The notes beneath the pieces are model-generated. The model did no database searches and was not told the origin of the DNA. It saw only the letters and a program-made list of their open reading frames with translations. A stretch of 64,000 nucleotides of DNA from an uncultured Verrucomicrobiae bacterium. GTDB taxonomy: Bacteria; Verrucomicrobiota; Verrucomicrobiia; Opitutales; JABDGR01. Positions 52,823-59,658 of the stretch are shown here, one piece after another. Every line of letters starts with the position of its first letter. Position 1 is the first letter of the stretch. The DNA is taken from positions 288,001 to 352,000 of the forward strand of contig CAVXVB010000005.1 of NCBI GenBank assembly GCA_963765205.1, written 5' to 3'. A program made the position numbers and the translations under genes.

Positions 52823-53788
52823 ATGCCCGCCGCGCCCATCTTGTCACTGTCCACCTGCTGGCTTTCCCAGCGGCACCAGGACGGGTATGAGATGATGCGC
52901 GAGATCGCCGACCTGGGCTTTCAGTATTCCGAGTTGAGCCACGGCATCCGGGTGACGCTGGTGCCGGGCATCCTGAAAGCGGTCGAGGAAGGTGTCATCA
53001 AAATCAGCTCGACGCACAATTTCTGCCCGCTGCCGCCCGGCGTGATGAGCGCCGCGCCGAACCTCTACCAACCCAGTTCGCCCGCCGTCACGGAGCGCGC
53101 CCTCTGGCGGCGGCACACGATTGCCTCGCTCGATTTTGCCCAGCGCCTCAACTCCCATGTGCTCATCACGCACCTGGGCAGCGTGTTTTTCTTCCTGATG
53201 GACCCCGCGCGCAAGGTCGAGGCCCTTGAAAACACGCTCGAATTCTCGAAGCTGCGTGAAGACGCCAATTTCCAGCAGGAAATTTCCACCCTGCTCGGCA
53301 AGCTGCGCAAGGTTGCGCCCAAACATTACGCGCGCATCCAGGACTGCCTGGCCGATGTCGCGGCGAGGGCGCAGGCGGTGGGCGTCAAGTTCGGCTGCGA
53401 AAACCGCGAAGGCCTCCTCGAACTGCCCCTCGACGAGCACATGGACGCTTTTCTGGCAAGCGTGGACGACCTGGCAATCTGCGGCGGCTGGCACGACACG
53501 GGGCACGCCTGCATCAAGCACCGCGAAGGCGTCATTGACCACGCCGCGTTCCTCGAAAAGAACGGCGCGCGCCTGCTCGGCTTCCACCTCCATGATGTCA
53601 GCGCCGAAGGCCGCGACCACCAACCCATCGGCACGGGCCTGGTGGACTGGAAAATGGTGCGCAAACACGTCCGCCCGGAACACCTCCTCATCATCGAACT
53701 CAGCCCCAAACTCGAAAAAGAACAGGTGCTGGAATCGAAAGGTTTTATCGAGAAGTGGCTGGCCGAAACGCCGGAAGCTAGAAGTTAG
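52823..53788 (+). CDS. Xylose-isomerase-like TIM-barrel protein (sugar phosphate isomerase/epimerase)
   Basis: ENR, HDTGH, HLHD, DH.P.G.G and IIEL motifs. Confidence 0.8.
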   Translation: MPAAPILSLSTCWLSQRHQDGYEMMREIADLGFQYSELSHGIRVTLVPGILKAVEEGVIKISSTHNFCPLPPGVMSAAPNLYQPSSPAVTERALWRRHTIASLDFAQRLNSHVLITHLGSVFFFLMDPARKVEALENTLEFSKLREDANFQQEISTLLGKLRKVAPKHYARIQDCLADVAARAQAVGVKFGCENREGLLELPLDEHMDAFLASVDDLAICGGWHDTGHACIKHREGVIDHAAFLEKNGARLLGFHLHDVSAEGRDHQPIGTGLVDWKMVRKHVRPEHLLIIELSPKLEKEQVLESKGFIEKWLAETPEARS

Positions 53789-53890
53789 AAGTTGGAAGTT
53801 GGAAGTTGGAAATTGGAAATTGGAAGCAGATAACGCACTCGTTGTATTGTGTCCGGCGGTTTTATTCTAGCATCTAACTTCCAACTTCTG
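53772..53890. repeat. Inverted heptamer arrays (GAAGTTG / CAACTTC)
   Basis: GAAGCTA GAAGTTA GAAGTTG GAAGTTG GAAGTTG GAAATTG GAAATTG ... TTCTAGCATCTAACTTCCAACTTC. Confidence 0.8.
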
Positions 53891-53956
53891 TTCAACCAGA
53901 AATTTGCTTTTTCAGCGTTGCCGCGGGTGGGGGCGGGGGTTAATCATCGGAACGCC

Positions 53957-54388
53957 GTGAACCTTAGCACCAAACATCTGGCCCGTTGCATTCAGACGCT
54001 CGAAAGGTCCCTGGCCGAGCTGCGTTTGGCGCCGGCCGGGAGCATCGAGCGCGAGATTTTCCGCAACGCCACGGTGAAGAGCTTCGAGCTGACTTTGGAA
54101 ACCGCCGGCAAGTTGCTGCGCAAAGGACTCAAATCCTACGTGGGCAACCCGCGCATGGTGGACGAATTGACCTACAAGGAAGTGCTCCGCCACGCCGCCA
54201 AGCACGGCCTGGTCGAACCGGCGGCGGTCGAGCGCTGGTTCGCCTACCGCGACAACCGCAACGACACCGCCCACGATTACGGCGAAATCTTCGCCGAGGA
54301 GACGCTGAACCTGCTGCCGGACTTTATCACCGACGCCCGCCGGGTCGAGACCACCCTGCGCGAAAAATTGAGCCATGGGGAAACTTGA
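53957..54388 (+). CDS. HEPN / HI0074-family nucleotidyltransferase substrate-binding protein
   Basis: R.A.VK.FE.T.E...KLL and RNDTAHDY (Rx4H) motifs. Confidence 0.88.
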   Translation: MNLSTKHLARCIQTLERSLAELRLAPAGSIEREIFRNATVKSFELTLETAGKLLRKGLKSYVGNPRMVDELTYKEVLRHAAKHGLVEPAAVERWFAYRDNRNDTAHDYGEIFAEETLNLLPDFITDARRVETTLREKLSHGET

Positions 54389-54710
54389 CCTGCCGCCCGC
54401 CCACTTGCGCACGCTGCTCGACCTGCTCGCGCAGCACGCGCCGGACGTGGAGGTCTGGGCCTATGGCAGCCGCGTTTCCGGCGGCGCGCACGAGGGTTCC
54501 GACCTCGACCTGGTGCTGCGCAACCCGGCGAAGCTCGACGCGCCGCAGCCCCACCTGCCCCGCTTGCGCGACGCGCTGGGTGAAAGCAACCTGCCCATTT
54601 TGGTGGAAATCCGCGACTGGGCGCGCCTGCCGCCCGACCACCGCCGGGAAATCGAACGCTGCCATGTCGTCGTGGCGCCGGCCTCCACTCCGCCGGTCGC
54701 CAGTTCCTGA
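54375..54710 (+). CDS. Minimal nucleotidyltransferase (MNT antitoxin)
   Basis: YGSRVSG.A..GSDLDL motif; overlaps the HEPN gene. Confidence 0.9.
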   Translation: MGKLDLPPAHLRTLLDLLAQHAPDVEVWAYGSRVSGGAHEGSDLDLVLRNPAKLDAPQPHLPRLRDALGESNLPILVEIRDWARLPPDHRREIERCHVVVAPASTPPVASS

Positions 54711-54776
54711 GTTGATCAGCCAATGATTCTTCGGGGTTGTCGTAGCTTGGGAGAGGGATAAGTTTTACATTTTAAC

Positions 54777-55481
54777 ATGCACGCATCGCCATTCTCGCTC
54801 GCGGTTGAAGTCAACGAAGCCGGGTTTGCGGTTGCGCAGGCGGCGGTGGGGGAAATGTTTTTGAAGGAATGGCTTGATGCGGTGCGGGAGTTGTTGGCGG
54901 AAACTGGTGGCGAGGCCGCGCATGGCGTGCGGGGCTTGCTGGCGTGTTCCGAACGCTGTCGCGCGCTGGCCGCCCAACCGGCGTTGGTGGATTTGGCGCG
55001 GGCAGTCCTGGGATCGAATGCGCGCGCGGTCAAAGGCATTTTTTTCGACAAAAATCCGGCGGCCAACTGGCTCGTGTCCTGGCATCAAGACCTGACCATC
55101 ACGGTGCGCGAACGCCGCGAGACACCGGGCTTCGGCCCATGGTCGGTGAAGGGCGGCCTGCCGCATGTGCAGCCGCCGGTGGCAATTATGGAAAATATCA
55201 TCGCGCTGCGCGTCCACCTCGACGACGCCGGGGCGGACAACGGCGCGCTGCGCGTCCTGCCAGGCACGCATCTACGCGGACGGATTCCCGCGGCGGAAAT
55301 CCCGCGGTTGGCGCGCGAAATCACGCCGGTCATATGCGCGGCGGCGCGCGGCGACGTGTTATTGATGCGCCCCTTGCTGCTTCATTCCTCGCCGATCAGC
55401 GCCGCGCCCCAGCACCGGCGGGTGATCCACTTGGAATACACCACGGAAAACTTGCCCGGCGGTTTGGAATGGGGCGGTTGA
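54777..55481 (+). CDS. PhyH-family 2OG-Fe(II) dioxygenase
   Basis: FDK...ANW.V.WHQD, HLDD....NG.L.V.PG.H, LLH.S and RRVIHLEY motifs. Confidence 0.88.
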   Translation: MHASPFSLAVEVNEAGFAVAQAAVGEMFLKEWLDAVRELLAETGGEAAHGVRGLLACSERCRALAAQPALVDLARAVLGSNARAVKGIFFDKNPAANWLVSWHQDLTITVRERRETPGFGPWSVKGGLPHVQPPVAIMENIIALRVHLDDAGADNGALRVLPGTHLRGRIPAAEIPRLAREITPVICAAARGDVLLMRPLLLHSSPISAAPQHRRVIHLEYTTENLPGGLEWGG

Positions 55482-55582
55482 TGGTTTTTATTTCGGCTTA
55501 CCCATCAAGAGCTTGCGGGTTTGATATCGCAAATTGCGATATCAAAGGGTAGTGTATCAGTTTGGTGCAGCCTCGTTGAATT

Positions 55583-55740
55583 CGTAGCCCAATCCGGGCT
55601 TACGGCGGGGTCTAACTAAACGGCCCCTGCCTCGAAAAATAGCTAAGTCGGATGCGCCGCGGAGGCGTGAATGACTTGATGTTTTCGGGATGCGGTGGGC
55701 TGTGGATGTTGGCCAAAGGTTAATCCACCCATCCACTTTT
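55583..55740 (+). ncRNA. Candidate structured ncRNA of unknown family inside the left IS end
   Basis: Four consecutive hairpins with many G.U pairs that work only on the + strand; last hairpin followed by TTTT. Confidence 0.35.
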
Positions 55741-55799
55741 GCAAAACAAAATCATCTTTGTGTTGGCCCTTGCAGTGTGCTGCCTGGGACTTCGCCTAA

Positions 55800-56189
55800 T
55801 TACTTGGATGGATTCAGGGGAGGGTCGGATGGAGAACTTGGAGGCTTGGGCGCGTTATTGGAATTATCGCGTGAACGAGGAAACAGCCATGCGAGCATCG
55901 CAATTACGGTCGCCACAATCGCCACCAGCAATGCCGCCGAAGCCAGTTTTGTTGATTTCTTCGACTCCCCCAAGGCGCTTTTTGAAATTCGAGTTGCCTC
56001 TGCTCCTTGAACAAGAGCCTGTTGGTGGCGGCTTTCACTTTCAGCATCTTCCATTTCGGCGAGTAATTGCACAGCCGCAATATGCTGTGGAGAGTGGGGA
56101 ACGTAGGTATTTCTTATCTCTAACAATTGACCCTTTGTTTTTTTTGAAAAAAAACGACGGTGGGTCTGAATATCAGGATCGGAAAGCAT
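55800..56189 (-). CDS. Small passenger protein with a single TM helix and Pro-rich tail
   Basis: Helical N-terminus, then AALLVAIVATVIAMLAWLFP; same strand as and downstream of the transposase. Confidence 0.55.
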   Translation of the reverse strand: MLSDPDIQTHRRFFSKKTKGQLLEIRNTYVPHSPQHIAAVQLLAEMEDAESESRHQQALVQGAEATRISKSALGESKKSTKLASAALLVAIVATVIAMLAWLFPRSRDNSNNAPKPPSSPSDPPLNPSK

Positions 56190-56241
56190 TTGGAAATTAG
56201 TAGGCCACTATGCACCCTCCCGCAAATTAAATCCACCCCCT

Positions 56242-57084
56242 TCATGCGGCCTTTTCTTGAGCGTCCAGCGAACCGATAACCTCACTCATTTCCCAAACGT
56301 GGTCACTCAACCCTGATTCCATCGCCGGGGTCACCCGCAAAGTCTGGTGAATCCGGCAGAAATTATGAAACATAAAATAAATCGCCAGTTGGTGCTCGTG
56401 ATGCTCGATTTTCTTGCTGAACGCATTGGTCAGGCGCGTGAATCGGCGGTTGTGCATCCTGATGTTCAGGTTTTGCCGTTCGGCGTAGGACGTGGAGACG
56501 TGGGCAAACTCCGGGTTGCCGCTGATTTCAACCTTCTTGGCCCCCATGCACTGGGCGGGGCTGTAGCGCGTCTCCGGCGTCTCTGGGCCGTTGCCGTATA
56601 TCTTTTGCAGCATGGCGTAATCAATCTCCGCGCCAAAGGCATCCTCTACCGCCGTCAGGTAGGCCTTATGCCCGTCCGTGGTCAGTTGCACGCGATTGGC
56701 GAGCCTTCCCGCCAGATCGTGCATGAAGTGGTAGGCCGCGCCCGCGTCGCGCGTGCCGACATACCAGCAGGGAATCAGCTTGGTATCGGCATCCAAGGCC
56801 GTCCAAGTCCAGCAATCACCTTCGCCCCGCGCCTTCTTTTCGGCGGTCACGACCTTCTCCTTACAGCCCACAAAACTCCAAATCTCATCGCATTGGAGCC
56901 GCTTGCATTTGAGGTTCCGAAACGCCTTGTCCTGATACTCCGCGCAGGCCGGCCCAAGCTCGCACAACAGCTTTTTGACCGTGTTGATGGACACGTTGCA
57001 AAGCCGGGTGGTGGCCCGCATGGACATACTCTCGACCAGGCAGGATGCAATCTGCGCCCGCTTCTCTGTGGTTAATTGATTCAT
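56242..57084 (-). CDS. IS1-family DDE transposase (single ORF, N-terminal HTH)
   Basis: SMRATTRLCNVSINTV HTH; QCDEIW, LTTDG..AY, TSYAER.NL.IR...RRFTRLT.AFSKK. Confidence 0.92.
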   Translation of the reverse strand: MNQLTTEKRAQIASCLVESMSMRATTRLCNVSINTVKKLLCELGPACAEYQDKAFRNLKCKRLQCDEIWSFVGCKEKVVTAEKKARGEGDCWTWTALDADTKLIPCWYVGTRDAGAAYHFMHDLAGRLANRVQLTTDGHKAYLTAVEDAFGAEIDYAMLQKIYGNGPETPETRYSPAQCMGAKKVEISGNPEFAHVSTSYAERQNLNIRMHNRRFTRLTNAFSKKIEHHEHQLAIYFMFHNFCRIHQTLRVTPAMESGLSDHVWEMSEVIGSLDAQEKAA

Positions 57085-57262
57085 GCCGCCAATATGACAC
57101 GAAATGCCTAAGCTGTCAACTATTATTTTTGAGAAAAAAGCGTGCGAATGGCCTAGGAGGGCCGCTGCACCGTATTTGCTCACGCAATTTCCTTGGGGCC
57201 GGAGTCTGGCAACGCAATTCTGGACATCGGGACTTCCGTGTATAGATTGGATTCCCAGGACG

Positions 57263-58189
57263 ATGCCACATTTAGGCGAATATGAAAGGCTGCTTCAATC
57301 GGTTTTCTTTCTTTATGAAAGCGAAGGCGATGCGTTTTGCGGCAATCATCAGGGGGGAACCGGATTTTTGGTGGCCCTTCCGGCGGATTGCGGAAGTATA
57401 AGCAGTAAGCATCATTTTTATGGCGTCACCAATTACCATTTAGCGCATGAAGGATACCCGGTCATTCGACTAAACAAAGAAGATGGAACGCCCGACATAC
57501 TTCCACTTACAAAAGATGACTGGCATTATGATCCCATGGGTTGCGATTTGGCGGTTACTCCCCTATCGCTTTATACAGGCCATAAAGTTGCTCCGCTAAC
57601 CCCAGACTGGTTTGTAACAAAGGAAGATTTGGAGAACAAAAGGACGGGGGTGGGCTTGGGCGAAGATGTCTTTATGGCCGGAAGATTTGTGGATTATGAC
57701 GGGACGGAAGACAATCAGCCCTCCCTAAGATTTGGGCATCTCAGTATTATGCACGCCCCGATTGAACAAAAAACGCCATGGAAACCCCGTAACCCCTCCC
57801 ATGTAATAGACCTACACAGTCGAAGCGGTTATTCAGGAAGCCCGGTGTTTGTTTACCATACGCCGGGTTCAATCTTACCGCAGTCGGACACCACTCAAGC
57901 CGCGCATACGAAAAGCATTCTTGTGCTTGGAGGGGATAGCGCCTGGGTCAAGCTCTTAGGGATTCACTGGGGCCAATTTCCTGAACAGTGGCAAATAGAG
58001 AAAGGTGACGCACGAGCGGAGGGAGCACTGGTGAGGGAGGGCGAGTATGTAAATGGATTAAGCGGCATGACACTTGTAATTCCTGCCGCTGAAATCTTGA
58101 AGCTATTAAAAACCCCAAAACTGGAGGAAATGCGCGAAAAAATAGAAATCCAATGGCTGAAAGAATACAAAAAGACTGGCATATTATGA
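57263..58189 (+). CDS. Trypsin-like serine protease (passenger gene, no signal peptide)
   Basis: GTGF, VTNYH (His), CDLAV (Asp), GYSGSPV (Ser) and LLGIH motifs; lower GC than host. Confidence 0.85.
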   Translation: MPHLGEYERLLQSVFFLYESEGDAFCGNHQGGTGFLVALPADCGSISSKHHFYGVTNYHLAHEGYPVIRLNKEDGTPDILPLTKDDWHYDPMGCDLAVTPLSLYTGHKVAPLTPDWFVTKEDLENKRTGVGLGEDVFMAGRFVDYDGTEDNQPSLRFGHLSIMHAPIEQKTPWKPRNPSHVIDLHSRSGYSGSPVFVYHTPGSILPQSDTTQAAHTKSILVLGGDSAWVKLLGIHWGQFPEQWQIEKGDARAEGALVREGEYVNGLSGMTLVIPAAEILKLLKTPKLEEMREKIEIQWLKEYKKTGIL

Positions 58190-58193
58190 TCGC

Positions 58194-58475
58194 TCAATCC
58201 TTTTTTCCCCACCGTATAGCCGCCCCTTTTTTTCCAATCTCCCGTTTCGCCGCTTCCGACAACACCCTAGCCCTAGCCGGGCCACCCTTCAAACCACCCA
58301 ACCTCCCCAACATGACCGCCGCCGGATTCTTCCCCGCCAGCTTGGCTCGCGCCGCTTCCTCGCGCTCGCGGTATATGGCCGCAACCCCTTTCGGGATAAA
58401 CTCGCCGTGGGTAGCCTGGGCGACGACAAGCCCGGCAATCTGGTTCATGTCCAGTCTGGTTGAACGCTTAGGCAT
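58194..58475 (-). CDS. Small basic IS-associated protein
   Basis: MPKRS...D.NQ.A..VV..AT...KNPAAV.LGRLGGLKGG.ARA..LS...KREI.KKGA..RW. Confidence 0.75.
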   Translation of the reverse strand: MPKRSTRLDMNQIAGLVVAQATHGEFIPKGVAAIYREREEAARAKLAGKNPAAVMLGRLGGLKGGPARARVLSEAAKREIGKKGAAIRWGKKD

Positions 58476-58591
58476 GGCCGCAAGATACGCCCGGCACACT
58501 TAAAACTCAAACTCAAAAACGATTTATGAAATCCAAACTGATACACTACCTATCAAAGAAGGGCCATGGCGCATTTTGCGGCAAAGGCCTT

Positions 58592-58672
58592 TTTCGTAGC
58601 GCTGAGCTCCAGCCAGCGCTTCTTCGGGATTCGCGCAGCCCAGAGCGCTGGCTGAAGCTCAGTGCTACGAAA
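58592..58672. repeat. GTAG-type REP inverted pair
   Basis: TTTCGTAGCGCTGAGCTCCAGCCAGCGCT ... AGCGCTGGCTGAAGCTCAGTGCTACGAAA. Confidence 0.7.
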
Positions 58673-58779
58673 TTGAGTCACAACCGAACCTCGCGACGGA
58701 GCATCATACCCTTATCAAAAACCATGACAAATGGAAATTGCCTTTTCAAAATTGCCGCATGGATGGGGGGATCAACGAA

Positions 58780-59556
58780 TTACGTTTTCGGCCGATGTTC
58801 GTGGATATAATCGTTCAGGCTTTTGGCGAGCGTGACAAAATCCGAGGGGATCATGATTACCGTAGTGCTGTTGTTTTCCGCGCCGACCTCCGCAATCATT
58901 TGGAAACGGCGCAACTCGAGTGCCGCCGGATTGGCCGCCATTTGCAGGGAGGCGGCGGCCAGTTTCTGCGACGCCTCCAATTCCGCTTCCGCCTTGATGA
59001 TGCGCGCGCGCTTTTCCCGAATGGCTTCGGCCTGCATGGCCATGACCTGCTGCATGGCCTCCGGCAGCTCGACATCCTTCATCTCAAACCGCTCCACCTG
59101 CAGGCCCCATTGCGTAGTCGAGCCGGCAATGGCTTGCTGCAACAGCCCGTTAATCTTGTCGCGCTCCTGCAAAACTTCGTCGAGGTCGTGCTGACCGATG
59201 ATATTGCGCAAGCTCGTCATGGCGAGTTGATAGATGGCCGCGCTGGCCTCTTTAACGGCGATGACGGATTTCGCCGCGTCCTCGACCCGATACCACAGCA
59301 CGGCGTTGACCTTGATGGTCACACTGTCGCGGGTGATCGTCTCCTGCTGCTCGGCGGAAACCGTGCGCGTGCGGATATCAATAATCATCGAGCGCTCGAT
59401 GCCCAGCGGGATGATCCAGTAGAGGCCCGGCCCACGCAAGCCCAGGTAGCGCCCCAGCCGGAAAACCACTCCGCGTTCGTATTCCTGGGCGATGCGGATG
59501 CCCGACAGCGCCACCACCACAACGCCCGCCAAAACACAAAGTAAAACTTGTGTCAT
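58780..59556 (-). CDS. SPFH/band-7 (stomatin/slipin-like) protein
   Basis: EYERGVVFRLG, ITRD.V, LR.IIG..DLDE.L..R and QAEA.RE.RA motifs. Confidence 0.92.
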   Translation of the reverse strand: MTQVLLCVLAGVVVVALSGIRIAQEYERGVVFRLGRYLGLRGPGLYWIIPLGIERSMIIDIRTRTVSAEQQETITRDSVTIKVNAVLWYRVEDAAKSVIAVKEASAAIYQLAMTSLRNIIGQHDLDEVLQERDKINGLLQQAIAGSTTQWGLQVERFEMKDVELPEAMQQVMAMQAEAIREKRARIIKAEAELEASQKLAAASLQMAANPAALELRRFQMIAEVGAENNSTTVIMIPSDFVTLAKSLNDYIHEHRPKT

Positions 59557-59658
59557 AATACTTGGAGATTCGATGAATCCCGCGGGATGGCAAGAGTTAT
59601 TTTCGAATTTGATTTAGCGCTGGCAAACGTAACCGGGCAGCGATTTGAAATATCGCCG

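Larger units (their letters stand above)
55548..58550. mobile_element. IS1-family passenger-carrying element, 3,003 bp
   Basis: Perfect 18 bp TIRs GGTAGTGTATCAGTTTGG (55548-55565) and CCAAACTGATACACTACC (58533-58550); 8 bp TSD TATCAAAG (55540-55547, 58551-58558). Confidence 0.95.

Noticed and set aside
55566..55740. Known ribozyme or riboswitch (hammerhead, twister, pistol, c-di-GMP)
   Set aside because: Could not place the conserved cores by eye; left as an unknown structured candidate
55739..56200. Plus-strand 153 aa ORF MQNKIIFVLAL...
   Set aside because: TTG start and fully antisense to the more protein-like 55800-56189 ORF; treated as a shadow, though not formally excluded
56242..57084. 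Programmed insA/insB frameshift
   Set aside because: HTH and DDE motifs are already in one frame
57104..57262. N-terminal extension of the protease ORF from ATG 57104
   Set aside because: That ATG is part of the ATGCCTAAGC motif in the transposase promoter; the protease-like sequence begins at 57263
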